Of a stretch of DNA of 64,000 nucleotides, positions 21,346 through 35,822 are shown piece by piece. Position numbers and translations under genes: made by a program. Location: contig JALDTO010000098.1 in NCBI GenBank assembly GCA_023515725.1, forward strand, positions 1,142,164 to 1,206,163. The letters run 5' to 3'. The notes under the pieces were generated by a model. That model was not told the DNA's origin and ran no database searches. It was given only the letters and a program-made list of their open reading frames with translations. How positions within the stretch are numbered: the stretch's first letter is position 1; each line of letters begins with the position of its first letter. The DNA comes from Amoeboaphelidium protococcarum X5. Lineage: Eukaryota > Fungi > Aphelidiomycota.

Positions 21346-23843
21346 TCAGCCGGAGCACATCATGCAGTCATCCTTGTTGTTGATAGAACAAGACAGAGCG
21401 GCCAAGTTCTTGGCAACTTCATCACTCTCACCAGAGATACTGGACTCGTATTCATCATTTTCCTCCTTCAGAGCATTCTAATCCACAGTGAATTTGATTG
21501 CATCAACTGCTGGACGACTTCTCAAGTAATACATACCAGTCTTCAATCCCTTTTTCCAACCATAAAAGTGCATGCTCGTCAACTTGCCAAAGTTAGGCTC
21601 AGCAATATGAATGTTCAGCGACTGAGACTGGTCAATGAAAGCACCACGGTCAGCAGCCATATCAATGATGATCTTCTATGAAATCTCCCAGGTGGTCTTG
21701 TACAGTTCCTTGATGTCATCAGGAATACCACGGATACGCTAAATACTGCCACTATCAGCAATAATTCTGTTCTTCATTGAATCATTCCATAGTCCCATGT
21801 CAGTCAGATCCTTCAGCAGATGAGGATTCACAATCTAAAACTCGCCAGAGAGGACACGGCGCACATAAATATTGGACGTATACGGCTCGAAGCATTCATT
21901 ATTTCCCAGAATCTAAGAGGTGGAAGCAGTTGGCATCGGTGCAACCAAAAGACTATTACGCACACCATGCTTAGCAATCTTAGCCTTCAACTCTGCCCAG
22001 TTCCAGCGGTCAGAAGGAGTGACATTCCACATGTCATATTGCAGAATGCCTTAACTAGCAGGAGAGCCTGGATAAGTCTCATAAGGACCATCTCTTTCAG
22101 CCAGTTCACAACTAGCCTCCAATGCAGAATAGTAGATGGTCTCAAAGATGTCACGATTCAGTTGACGAGCTTCAGGAGAATCGAATGGGAAGCGCATCAG
22201 GATAAAAGCATCAGCCAGCCCCTGGACGCCCAATCCAATAGGACGATGTCTCATGTTCGAGCGTCTAGCAGCTTCAACAGGGTAGTAATTGATGTCGATA
22301 ATCTTGTTCAAATTCTTAGTAACGACTTTAGTCACTTGACGAAGCTTCTCAAAGTTGAAAGTCTTCTTCTCAACAAAGTTGGGTAGAGACAAAGAGGCCA
22401 AATTACAGACAGCAACCTCATCTGGAGCACTGTATTCAACAATCTCAGTGCACAAATTACTGCACTTGATGGTGCCCAAATTCTTCTAGTTACTCTTCTC
22501 ATTACAAGCATCTTTGTACAGCATGTAAGGAGTACCAGTCTCAACTTGCGACTCCATAATTGCATACCACAACTTCTATGCCTTCACAGTCTTACGAGCA
22601 ATTCCCTGTTATTCATACTGCATGTAAAGCTGTTCAAACTTTTCACCATAGCAATCAGCCAGGCCACGAGCTTCATTCGGGCAGAAAAGACTCCAGTCTT
22701 CATTGTTTTCAACTCTCTTCATAAACAGGTCTGGAATCCAAAGAGCATAGAACAGATCACGAGCGCGATTCTCTTCCTTTCCAGTATTCTTCTTCAGGTC
22801 CAGAAAGTCAAAAACATCTGCATGCCAAGGCTCCAGGTACATTGCAAAAGCACCAGGACGCTTGTTTCCACCTTGATCAACATATCGAGCAGTGTTGTTA
22901 TAGACGCGCAGCATCGGGACCAGTCCGTTGGAGTATCCATTAGTTCCACCAATGTACGAGCCTGCAGCTCTGATACAGTGAACATTAAGACCGATACCAC
23001 CAGCACTCTTACTGATCATGGCGCAAGTTTTGAGAGTGTCATAAATTCCCTCGATGGAATCATCAGACATTGTGAGCAAGAAGCAACTAGACAATTGAGG
23101 ACGAGGAGTACCAGCATTAAATAGAGTAGGACTTGCATGGGTGAAAAACTTTTCGCTCATCAGATTGTATGTCTCAATAGCAGACTCGATATCTCTACCA
23201 TGAATACCGATAGAGACTCTCATCAACATGTGCTAAGGACGCTCGGCAACTTTTCCATTGATACGCAGCAAGTAACTTCTCTCCAGAGTCTTGAAACCAA
23301 AGAAATTGTAGTTAAAGTCACGGTCATAAATGATGGCAGAGTTCAGACGTTCTGCATTCTCCATGATGATAGCGTACGTTTCTTCACTAATCATCGGAGC
23401 CGGCTTGCCATTTTTTGGATTGATATAAGTGTACAGATCCTCAATAACTTGAGAGAACATCTTCTTGGTTTCCTTGTGCAGATTAGACACAGCGATACGC
23501 GCAGCAAGGATAGCATAATCAGGATGTTTTACGGTCAAACACGCAGCAGTTTCAGCAGCCAAGTTGTCCAATTCGACAGTAGTGACACCGCTATAAACAC
23601 CATTGATAACCTACAAAACATCATGAGATACTTGAAGTAAAACGTGTACTACATACCTTCTAAGTAACTTCAACAGGCTCAACAAAGTTTGTGTTCAAAC
23701 CGTAACACAACTTGCTGATACGAGAGGTAATTTTATCAAAGAGCACATTTTCAGTGCGCCCGTCTACACGAAAATTACAATGCTATTGGTAATGACAATG
23801 ATGGGTGGTGAATTAAACACTTACCTCTTTTTAGGACATACAT
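21346..23843 (-). CDS. RNR1: Ribonucleoside-diphosphate reductase large subunit (introns 23764-23824 and 23611-23656)
   Basis: MYVLKR|DGR ATP-cone; [48 protein letters not shown]; C-terminal CxxxxC pair. Confidence 0.98.
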
Positions 23844-24297
23844 ATGGGGCATAGTAGAGCGATATAAGGCTCACTTAAATAATAATAGTGATATATGTGT
23901 GGATTCAAATGTGACTCCAGTATTACGTAATGAAGAGAAAAGAGGAGATGCAACGCGGGTCGAGCAAGTTGTTCGTCAAAATGAGAGCGATGAAACGGTT
24001 TCAGTTGATAATAGTTGCCTAATTGAAATTGTTGCATGCCGCAGACGGGCCGAGATCTGCTCAAAATCGGAAAGATTAATTGTTTGAGGCTTAAATGGAA
24101 GTCTATCGATTTCATGTTTAGTGAAACATTCCAGAAAGGGAATCCTACACAGTTATTCTGAAACATGTGTTGCATCTGATCGGCGTCGTCATGGCTTCAC
24201 AATGAACTATAATAAACCAATCATAATAAGTAATAGTTCTCCTTTGATATCTCAACCAGCTTGATTTTCTTATCGCTATTCAATCAGGATTATCAAA

Positions 24298-26382
24298 ATG
24301 GATTCAAGCTCTAATTACGATCCTCAACCAGCGCAATCGAAACTCAATACTGATCGTCGGGATGTTAATCAGGAATTTAAATCTCGATTTTAAGGATTAT
24401 CCGTGTCCCCGAGGTTATAAACTTTAAATCAGAATAATCAAAGCTTATCTGCCATCAATAAGCAACTTTGGTCGCCATCAGCTGGAGTTTTAATTGCACA
24501 TGGCCCTGCATCGCTGGCTTTCATGATCGACTACATGCCTCCTCCGAGTCCGGTCAGAAGGCGTCGACTGCGAAGGCTCGATTCCATGCACAGCTTTGCA
24601 CCATCTAAAATTTCCTTGCAGACTGTAATTGCAAAGATTGATGCTGCATATCAAAGAAAATAGAAGTAACTGCTAAGAACTTAATATAGATTAAGATAGA
24701 AGGCAGCATAAGTTCAGCTACGCCAAAGTTAGTAATACTTGACCAAGAGTCAATTCTCGGTTCAGTTGAGTGCGAAAATACAACTTGATCACGAACTCGC
24801 AAATCTCAGGCGTAAAATCATTATTGAAGGGATAGTCAGCAGAAGCAGTTATTAGGTGCAGAGGGCTCAAAAATTGGCAACTATATAAAGATTGCGTAAA
24901 TAATTACAATTGAAAAAGTCCCTAAGTGCAAATGACTTGGCAAAGTTTGCTGCTGGCTCATCTCATGGGAGCGCGTCTGCTCTCAAACGATCAATCAGTA
25001 CCAATTAGATATTGGATATTCAATAACAAGATTAGTCTAAAATTAAAGATTATCTATTTAATCTCGCCGCCGTGTTTGGATCCAATCTTCCTCCAATTAC
25101 TAAGAATTCTATGCGAGAGTTGAATTTAGAGTCCATCTCGAGTAATCTCCAGTTGCGACACGATATGTTATTTGATGAGAATCTCGAGTTTAGACCAAAT
25201 TACAATGGCGATAGAGCTACTAGACTGAAATAGCAATCTCTTGCGTTTTGGTCGTAGCTCAAACTGGAAATTGATCAAGACTCCTCTAGAAAGACTTTCA
25301 AGAAAATACCAGTGCTACTTCACGAGATTAAGGCGATTCTCCTCGATATTGTGGCTAATGATGATTACAAGCGTTCATTAGAGCAGAACATTGATGTGTC
25401 GTTAATTGATCAGTAATTACAGAGGGGAGTTTTTGATGCTGCGAAATTCATTGCATATATCGCTGACCTGTTAAAATCACATTGCGCGCCTATTAGAGAT
25501 ATACTGGTCGAAAATATGGTGCAGACTTTTGAATGTGGTGATCTAATCGGCGCATTACGTCAAGCTTTTGAGATTTTGGAAAAGATGAAGATCGACCTGG
25601 CTAATGATTAGCTCCGTCGACTTCGACCGTATGTTGTTCAAGAAGCGGTAAATTACGAGAGGCTTTGCTTCAAAATGTCTTTAAAGAATAGAAGTGGTTC
25701 TGTGAAGAATACTGTTGTCTGGTTAAGGCCTTATGCTGCTGCCATGTAGAAAGATGGTGCTGATGCTTCCACTGTATATTACAATGCGCTCATAGATTTG
25801 ATCAAAGACTTTTCAGACACGTAATAAGCCGACTAGTCGTCCCTACCAGAGACATTTAAACTTGATGTTGGTCGTCTGAAAAAGTATCACGATGATTGGT
25901 AAGATTTGGTTGTGGTGTCTACAATCTTGCTGATTGTTAAGCAGTACGCTGGGTCGCGATGTAATAACTTTCATATTAAAGAGATTAAATAACATCTCAA
26001 GTTACTGCTGAATGAATAGGATACAAAGATGGCTTAGTTGACGGATTTCTGTGTGCATGAAGCTTCAAAGATTTGTGGTCGGCAGTTCTCTGATGTAGAG
26101 TCCACCTAAATGTCCAACCTAATTGATAAATCTTTATACCCAGATAGTCATCTTTATGTTGCTCTGTTTGCACGTGTATAAAACATCATTTTGGAGTATC
26201 TCAAGTCTGGTGGCGTTCTTCCCTCAGACGACGTGTCGGTCAGATAAGGCGTGGCTGACGTGAAGGATGATCTGTTAGATCTATTGAAGCGCATCAAGTT
26301 TTTCGCTGATCACAACAGAGCAGTGTATGTTGACGTTTACGATGAAATACTTCTTTAGATTAAATAGAAATAGAACTCGTGA
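24298..26382 (+). CDS. T-complex protein 11 / Sok1 family protein
   Basis: LPPITKNSMRELNL..LRHDMLFDENLEFRPN, HCAPIRD, MKIDLAN, LPETFKLD; single open frame. Confidence 0.88.
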
Positions 26383-26533
26383 CATTTGGAAGAATTCCAT
26401 ACGCCTTTTATTCACGATAATGTTTCATCACTATCGGAAATCTTTCAGCGTCTTTTATTCAACGCGCGGCCTCTCTTCGTCTTTCCCTTGTTCGTGACAT
26501 TCACATTCATTGGCATTAGATCATTACATAAGA

Positions 26534-29500
26534 ATGACGAATAGTTGTGATGTGATATTTCACAAATTAACTTAATCTTCTGATAATGAAGTTGAATAGC
26601 TATAAACGGAGCTTATTTTGTAAATTTTGAATTAACCGCCTGATATGCTCAAGTTGCAGTCCCATCTGCGCGCGTGTGAGTAATGCTGTAAGGCGTACCG
26701 GTAGATTGCCAACCATTTGGAAGATGCCAAATTCAATATGGCCCTAAAGCATGACATTGATAGAGTCTCTGACGTGCTCAAAGGTGACCAAGATTATTAT
26801 TCTGTGTCTCTGAGAGATAATATCAAGATATCATTGGCATTTTATGAGGTTCTTCATTAGCCGTTTCTGTTGATGGATAATGGACTTGCTCGTGAGATTT
26901 CGCAAAGATTAGGCGCTCTGTTGAAGGCCACGTAGAAGCTCTTTGTTCCTGTGGTGAATGGCTATATACCTGTCTCTTTCCTATGGCTGATTGTTCATAA
27001 AGACTAGACTCTGCGATTTTGGTCCGCGTAAGTTTTGTAATACTTGCAGAGAAAGTCTATTTAGGATATTCGGTTCGATCTGGGAAAAGATGCTAGAATT
27101 ATTGTAAAGGTGTGGTCATATCTCTTGGACTCGGTATTTGTGCAGGTAGATTCCCTTGCTGTCTCGTCATAGATAATCGATGCTCAATATTGCACTGATG
27201 TCTCCAGGATGCTTGATAATGCGTTTGCTGATAGATTATTGCTGATCACTCTGAAGACTTTACGAAGATTAATATCTGATAAGTGCCGCAGTATTGGTAA
27301 ACTTGTATAACTGATATGTAATTTTATGCAGACATATCTTGATATGAAAAGAGTGGTTGGAGTAAAGTGTTTGGACTATATGCAGCAATCTATCATACCT
27401 TTGCAATTCGATGAATGCTCCTCACTCGCCGCCAAGTTGACTCAAGTTTTGGATTATGAATATTCTATGCGCCGGACATCTATTCCTGTATCTTCAAAGC
27501 CTATTTAATAGGCTAGTAATATTCAATAATCTACATTGTCATTTAAATCGCTGGCCGGCTCTTAAGTGGCAAAGACTTTGCAGTAGTAGCAGTTTAGTGC
27601 AATCCAATAGAGACCTTCAGTTATTCAGCCGCTTAAGACTAGTAGTCAGCGATCTGCGGCATTTTAAGCAATTAAGTAATAGGTAAAGAATGATCCCATA
27701 AAATTGCCATCAAAACGCCCTTAGTAAGAGATGCTTGGTGATACCTAAGGCGGTGATTCGCAGGGTAAGCGATTAACTATTGAATCTCTAGGGTCTGTGA
27801 CTGCTAATAGTTCCACTGGTAACAGGCAGGTTAAGTTATTGTCTGGATTCACTCCAAAGAAGCCTGCAACATTGATTCAACTTCCTGGTGCCTCTAATCA
27901 AGTACGAAGAGCCAAGACTGTGGAGCTATTTGTCAATGATCTTCTTGAATGGAGCGTGTAAAAACTCTAGACCAATCTGCAATTATTCAGGAAGCCTCTA
28001 TCAGTGTTTAGTTCTACTGATGCATATATTAATCACTTTGAGCCATTGTTTATCATGGAAGCTAAAGCTTAGCTACTTGGGTAGTTGCAAGAATTTTAGG
28101 CAAGTTAGCTGCTTTAGTTTAAACTGGTCAATGCCGTAGCTGTTGACTCTAATCATGAATTGATATTTGAGATTAAATCGTCGGATTATCAATTGATAGA
28201 GAATGATCTGCTGCTGCTTTGTAATGATGAACTGTCTAATTTGAAATCTCAAGATTCTGTCTGGTCTTATTTGGAACACTGCAAAAGTTTTACGTTTGGC
28301 AAGGTGATTGTTATCAAGAGAACATCCCAGGTAAGTACCATGTCTGTATTAGTGCGTAATACAAGTGGAAGACTTTTACACAAGAGTTTAAATTTGAATT
28401 AAATCTGGACCGTCGGCAAATTGGGATCTATTGGGAGTCTAGTAAGAGAACTATCAGCACTGTATAGCATCGGCAACATAAGGCTTGTCAATCATATTCT
28501 TAATCCAGCGTTGAAGAATGATAATGTTAATGATTGTGTGAGAGTTGACAGTGTTGCCGATAAGTATGGTCTTAATCCATCGTAAGCCGAGGCTGTCGTC
28601 TCTTCTTTGAACATGGCTTAAGGCTTTAAACTCATCCAGGGTCCTGCCGGTAATGGCAAATCGCTGACCATAATTGCGTTCCTCTCTTAATACTTCAGTC
28701 AATAGTCTCGTTTAGTATACGAAGATGGTAAGCGCGTCCTCTTGTGTGCTCCCTCCAATGCTGCCGTTGATGAACTAGTGCGGCGACTGAGAAACGGCGT
28801 TAAGTGCTCTGATGACCGTAGAATTAAATTGAATGTAGTTAGACTTGGCACGATGGAGGGAGTTCACGAGAGTGTTAAGGATGTCACGCTTGAGTCTTTA
28901 GTTGAGATTAAAATAGCTGAAGAGGAGGACTAGGATGAGTCTGTCGGTTAAGATTCTTCCACTGATGCAAAGCAATAATTAAGTAATCTTCGTAGCACAT
29001 TAAAATCGATAAAGGATGAGTTGGATGGTTTGTATCTCCATTAAGATCAAGCAAAATCCGCCAAGGAAGCTGATGATATTGGCTCAAAGATTTCTGAGTG
29101 TTACGATAGAAAGTAGAAAGTAGTTGAGCAGATTACTTAGCTGAAAAGTCGGCGAGATATAGATAGAAAACTTATGGACAGTCTATAGCTTAAATACAGA
29201 AAACAGATTATGAATCAGGCTCAAGTCATATGTACCACTCTAGGATTCTCTGGCCATGATAGCTTTAATTTAATAGATGGCGGATTTAACTATTTAATCG
29301 TTGATGAAGCATGTTAAGCAATAGAGCTTTCTACGCTGATTCCTCTCAAATTCCAAGTCAATAAATGTATCCTAGTTGGAGATCCCAAGCAATTGCCTCC
29401 AACTATTATATCTGAGGACGCAAAAAAGTATGGATATGACTAGAGCTTATTTTCTCGTATGCAGATTGCTTGTCCTCATAGCGTCCATTTATTAAACGTT

Positions 29501-30184
29501 TAGTATAGGATGCACCCAGCAATATCTAAATTTCCGATCTAAATGTTCTATGATGGTCTCTTGCAAGACGGTCCGGATATGTTACGTCTAAGTACCAGGA
29601 AATGGCATGCAGATCAGTCGTTTCCTCCTTATTAATTTTATGATGTTGGAAAGTCCGCTGAGGAGAAGTCTGGCTTTTCGCTGGTCAATAAAGCTGAAGC
29701 AGATGCCATCATGGCAAAGTTCATCCAGCTTTGTTCTTCGTATCCAGAAATTGGCTTCTCCGGTCTGATTGGCATTATCACTCCGTATAAGATGCAAAAG
29801 GTGTACTTGCAGAATATGTTCAGGCGAAAGTTTGGGCCCGAGATACTGAATGCTGTGAATATCAACACTGTTGATGGATTTCAAGGATAGGAGAAGGATG
29901 TGATCTTGTTCTCATGCGTGCGAGCAAATGCAAGGCAAGCTGTTGGCTTTTTGGCTGATGAACGCCGATTGAATGTCGGACTGACCAGGGCCAAGAGTTC
30001 ATTGTGGATATTTGGTCATGTCAACTCGCTTCAGTCCGAATCATGTTGGCGACAGTTGATTGAAGATGCGCGCCATCGTGGCTGTTTCTCCTCAGTAAAG
30101 GCGCCTTATTTTGGAACAAGAAAATCCTAGTCGACGCGCTGTGACAATGCTCTCCATACAGATGGCGAATAAAGCGCCTCTTGA
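26534..30184 (+). CDS. SEN1: Sen1/senataxin SF1B RNA/DNA helicase
   Basis: LIQGPAGNGKS, CAPSNAAVDE, IVDEACQ, VGDPKQLPPT, QYRMHP, TVDGFQGQEKD, RRLNVGLTRAK; N-terminal CxxC motif. Confidence 0.88.
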
Positions 30185-30730
30185 TGAGAATAATATGTCA
30201 ACGCTGTGGACTTTTGATAAATGATCAGGAGTTGGTCTCTCGTATTTTAGATTGACAGTGACAGCTATTGAATGGATTAAATTAATCTCTAAGATCGTGA
30301 CACAAGTTTCAACTTGAATATTTCCATTTTCTAGCCAAAAGATTGAATGATTCTAAACACCTGAATTAATACAATCACTCGCGTACTGTTTAAAAGGCGC
30401 TCCGCGGTGGCTTGATGGAAGCGCGGTGCAGTAGCTTGACAATGACAGCCCGCGCGACTTGACGGACAGTCCGACCGACCAACGTTCGTTTCCAAGCCAA
30501 TTTTCAAAACGGTCCGTGTGAAATTTCTCTACCGAAGTCAACTCTTTCTCTCATCGAATACTTTTGTGCAGCCAATACGATTGAACGTCAAGTATAAAGC
30601 GTTTCGTATTTGAGTTTGAAACAGACTTCCTGTAGTGTGTATCTTGAATCCTTAAGTTTATATTGTGACAAGTATCTACCTCAAGAGTTGAAAATTTAAC
30701 TGTTAGAACCACAGCGACTATAATAATACA

Positions 30731-31039
30731 ATGCCTGCCTAGACTAGTAATAATCAGAATGCTTCCGCTTCAAACCAGAGTGGAAAGTCTCTGTTTGCGT
30801 TCAATGTTGCCGTGCCTTACATTGTCAGTGTTGGTGTTGATGTGAGCAAGACTTCGGTCGGCGTCAAGGGTCAGTGGGGCCAGTACAAGGAGAGAGCAGT
30901 GAATGTTCCAGTACCTGAATTGGTACAGAGAAGTGCTGCTTATGGCTACTCTTTCGTCGCTCCATACGCTCAGTGGACGTATAAGAAGGTGTTTGAGCCT
31001 GCTCCTGCTACTGCTGCTGCTGCTCAGAAGGCTAAATGA
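30731..31039 (+). CDS. Small protein of unknown function (102 aa)
   Basis: ATG in A-rich context (ATACAATG), coding-like codon usage, TGA stop, followed by an AT-rich 3' region. Confidence 0.65.
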
Positions 31040-31915
31040 GTTGTGACAATTCTGTAAATGAGTTTGTCCACATCAAGAATGAGTACGACTCTTTAATAGT
31101 TTTGTATAAAAATACATGATGTTTTCATCACTGTTGTCTTTTTTTTTATTTCACAGTTTTTACGTAGTGTTGTATAGTGAGAGTTGTTGTTGATAGACAG
31201 AGGATCACGTTTGAAGCAGCACCTACAGTACTGTGGTGTTTATAATAGTTTGTTGTCAGTCATGTATCGAAAGCGATCACAGATGGAAAGTGCCATGCAT
31301 GTTCTTCAGTATAAGCGCTCTCTAATGGATTCTGCGTTGGCTTACTGCCGGATTAATTGGCTGTATGTTTCTAGCAGAAAACCTTTTATCCGTTTCAATA
31401 TCGTGTTGTTTCGCTAATGACGATCAGTGGCCACTTTCTTACTGTGCTATTTGATCACTGTACAAGTTTACCATTCAACTAAGAATAAGGAATAAGGTCA
31501 AATTATGATTTCGATTATGGATGATAGCGGCACATTAAAGACGCGTTTATGTTTGTATAAGTGTTCTGCCCAATAGTTGAGCTTCAATTTCAGATTCCTC
31601 CTCTGGTCTCAACGTTCCCCTTTCAGTATTAGCAACTTTAGATTCTGTATGTTGACGTACTGTAGAAGCGCTTACATTTATAGAGACAACGACTAGTACT
31701 GTAAATGGAAAGTGTTATAATGGTCAGAGGGTGGGGATGGGCGTGATGCAGTAGATTATTCAATGTTGATCAGATAGTGTCGTCCACTTATGTTCGTCGG
31801 GTTCGTTTTCGTTTGTTTCTTCCTCATAGAACCGTTGAGATCCTCTATCCTCTCTGGTGATTATTTGGTATCCTGGATCTAAAGTCTTCTTGAACATTCC
31901 TAATAGAGTTCCTGA

Positions 31916-34714
31916 ATGTCATCTAGTATTTTGTATGAGCCCAAATCGGGTATATTGAGATTGGATGATGCCACTGTTCTATTGGATTGTCGCTGTACTG
32001 ATATAGATTCACTCACCGATGTCAAGATTGATGCCATATTAGTCTCTCATGGAACCATGCAAATGGCCATGAATATTCCCCTTCTACTACTGAGTAATAA
32101 ATATTCAAGCGGCTTCTATAGGAATTTGTATACGCAGTCAGATGCAACTGCGCCGGGTTCTGTCGACTCTGGGCAAGAAGTTTAAATCTTTTGTACTTGG
32201 CCAGTGGCTCAGATGATGTACGCGTCATGGCTCACTGTGCAGAGTGCTCACTTTTAATCTCATGGCAGACCATACTATTTTTGTAAAGATTTAGAGGATG
32301 ATAATGATAATTAGAGTCAAGTCTCAGATTAAGACTAACAGTTTATGGATGATGTGGATGCTTTCCATAAGTCAAATAAGTTCCTTCGCTAATTGACGAG
32401 CAGTGTCAGGACCGTAAAGTATAATGAGTCTCTTACTCTATTCTCTAGCAGTAAATCGGTTATTCTAGGCACTGCACTAAGAGCTGGTCATTCTATAGGT
32501 GGCTCTATGTGGAAGCTTGTAATTAGCGATGCACTGATGAATATTGACAGTACTCAGAATGGCGGTTAGTAGATACCCACTTAATCCTCTTCGATGATCA
32601 CGTCTGCTAACGACTCTGTCCTCTACATGCCCATTATAAATCACCGTAAAGATCGACACATTAATGGTGCAGATATTCTGTAAAAGGCCAATGTTTTGAT
32701 ATCTGGTGTTGGCTGTGTGTAGATTGATTCTAGTTAAACTGTATCAGATGGTGATGATCTAGATGTAATTTCACAGACAGTTCTACCAAGGTCGGCTAGA
32801 GATAAGATTGTATTTGATTATATTAGTAACACTGTTAGTGCTGGCGGAGACGTACTGATACCTGTGGAAATGCCTCGAATACTAGAACTATCTTTACTCT
32901 TAGATACCATGTGGTCGTTGCCTTAGCTAAATCAATATCATGATCTCATTCTATGTCTACCACAAGAGATGTTATAAGTTTTTGATCTAGTCAAAGGTAT
33001 GCTTGAATGGATGGGAGATGCCGTCATCTCATAGTTTGAGTAGAGTAGAGAGTCTGTGTATGCGTTCAAGTACATGAAGATTATGAATGCTGATTAATTT
33101 GATAGCTATTACAAGTAGAGTCGTGCTGGATTATAGTAGTAAAAGTTTTATACTGGAATGTAGCTATAAAGAAGCATGTGCGTTCTTACTGTGTCCAATC
33201 TTATGCTGGAAGGCGATCTATCTGTAAAGTTGTTCATGTAATACTTTTACGGTAACTCTCTGAATCTATTGCTGTTTACTCAATAGCCGCCTTCTCACGT
33301 TAATTCTCCATCTCTGGGTTAGTCTCTATTTGAATATTACATCACAGAGTCGACGTTGTAACTTTAATAACAGCCTATGAGGATTGATATCAATTGGACA
33401 GAGAAGTAGGAGTTGGATGAGATTGATTTGGCCACTTACACTTAAAAGAAATAGGATGAGCAGGATTAAAAACTTTTGGATGAAGCTGTTTAGAGAAGAA
33501 AGTAATAGCTGCTGAATGAGCAACTTGTAGGGGAAGACGAAGAAGATGACGGGGATAATCTGGCTGGAGATTCTGGTGATAAGTCACTGAATGCTAAAGC
33601 TGGAATAAGCACAAACTAATTACCCTTCCAGTTGCAGTTATTGTTCAAAGACTGGGATCAGGATGCGGATCGTATATTATTCTAGAATCGCCATGATTGG
33701 GTACTTAAACCTCTTGTCGCTTAGAAAGAATCATTCAGCTAAGGTGCGGCTATGAATGAGGATGGAGTGGTTGATGAAGGTTATGATGATATGAACGATT
33801 TCGCGATAGATTAAGAGAAGCCAGTATCTTTTCCAGCATTAATAAATTACTAGCTCTCTGATGAGTATGGCGAAGTTATTGATCTTGATCATTTCAAGAA
33901 GTTCAAAGAGACCGTTGATGACGATGGAGACGCTATGAACATGGCGGGTCGAAAGACGAGTGTTGACAATTCTCAATAACTTGTAGATGCGGCATAACCA
34001 TCAAATATGGATCCATGGAAAGATTTAACACCAAAGAGATTGAATTAAAAGCGCGTGTAGATATCTGTGCAATGTCAGGTAAAATACGTTGATTTGGAAA
34101 GCGTTTCCGATCCCAAATCAATGTTGAATGTCATTAGTCACATCAATGCCAAGAAGTGTGTGCTAATTGAACCCGACCACCGCTTAATTGTCAGCTCTTA
34201 GTTGAAGAGAGCATTGATGGATAACATGCCTGAAATGGAGGTACATCTCCCGGACAGAGATCAAATGGATTTATCATCGGATGTTAACGTGTGGAAGATC
34301 AAGCTGACCGACTCTCTTCTGCAGTCTGTGTAAATGAAGCCTCTGAATGATATGGAACTTGGCTACGTGTCTGGTGTGGTATAAATGATCGATAATGTTC
34401 CCGTGTTGGATGTATCGCCTCAAGATGTTAGGTGGATGGGCCACCAGGATATCCCCGTTGGAGATTTGAAACTGTCATAGCTGCGGTAGAAATTGACTGC
34501 AATGTTTAATACGCAATTAAAGTCAGGTATGAAGTAGAAGAGAAGAATCAAATGCGAGTTTGACCGTGGTAACTTGATTATTGAAGATTTAGATCAAGGA
34601 GTGTAGTGTCGTGTAATTAGAGATCCTAATGGTGCCCTCATCATTGAAGGACCTTTCAGCAAATTGTTCTGGAAAGTACGCAAAGTCATATACTCCATGC
34701 ATGCCATTGTATGA
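31916..34714 (+). CDS. CPSF2: Cleavage and polyadenylation specificity factor subunit 2 (CPSF100/Cft2), beta-CASP family
   Basis: LLDC, AGHSIGGSMWK, YNHRKDRHING, GGDVLIP, MLEWMGD, DEYGEVID, IEGP..RKVIYSMHAIV*. Confidence 0.88.
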
Positions 34715-35335
34715 TTTAAGTAAACTTTTTTAAAATTTAATATTGAGCACTTTGTAGTTCTACTCACGGTCTCTTTTTGTTATTTTATAACTTTTTAGAA
34801 TAGTTTCCTTCTTCTCTGTAGTCATAACTTGCGCGGTGTGGATCTTAATGATGATTCTTGTGGTGATGCACCCAGAAGAGTAATTGTATAGAGTTCAAGT
34901 GAAAGATGATTAAGAGCGTGTTACAGTGACTCTCCCGAGTTTGTAGCAAATCTGGATGTTCCTTGCGTCACTGTATAAACCAATGGCTGCATGTAATGAA
35001 ACTGTTCCAGATGAGATTCAAATTGTCGGAATGAAATTGTACATTCAGCAGTATATATAAGGTGATGACAGAAACTATCCAAGGTTTTAAAGTAAAGAAT
35101 AAACTTGTTTATACTTATAAAAGAAGACTGAAGCAATATTGCAGCTGGCACGACGTGTTTATGAAGATGATGTGTGCCGGAAGTAAAAGACTGTAGGTGT
35201 ATCTATACACGACTGACTGAATGAATAAATGAATGATCAACGCGCTTTGTTTCTCCGTTCGCCTTGATTAGTCGAATCTCTCCGAATCCTCTTTTCTCTC
35301 TGTTGAACGCTTGAGAATTTTTTTATTTCACCCAA

Positions 35336-35737
35336 ATGATGATAATGGACACTTCCGCTGATTCTGATGTGTAAGATACTAGTAGCGGTAAAATTACGAG
35401 TGGCATAGCGGTAAGTCGTGAGCCAGAGATAAATAGGGGATTAGCATCGACGTTGGAATTATTGAGACAGAGAGGAGTGGTCAGGCGGAAAGAGGAGAGC
35501 GGCGATGCCTAATAATCTTACTCCAAAGATCCATAGCTGATTAAACGCGACAGATTTGGACGCGAGCTGTCCGTGAAGGAGCAGTGGAAAGAGTTCTCTC
35601 GCAAGTTTCATGGCCGTCAGAGTGGTAAACGAAAGACTGAGAAGGAGTAGAAGCGTATTAAAGAGCAGTTGTAATCTATGCGCGCTAGCTTGTTTGAAGA
35701 GCCAAGTATAAGCAAGTCGTCTAAACAGTAATTATGA
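35336..35737 (+). CDS. Miniature SART-1/Snu66-like protein (C-terminal motifs only, 133 aa)
   Basis: EPEINRGLASTLELLRQRG and DRFGRELSVKEQWKEFSRKFHGRQSGKRKTEK. Confidence 0.75.
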
Positions 35738-35822
35738 TGTCAAATAAAGTATGTTGTTAATTTCCATATACGCGCGTTTGTATAAAATTACATATATATT
35801 TCAATAATAATCCCAAGTATTC

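Noticed and set aside
21777-23640. Long + strand ORFs in the track (188, 192 and 167 aa), and the similar 218-aa minus-strand ORF at 63186-63842
   Set aside because: Antisense shadows of RNR1 and myosin; no motifs of their own.
34730-35200. Possible small minus-strand gene, or upstream SART1 exons
   Set aside because: No convincing start, motif or GT..TGTAG structure.
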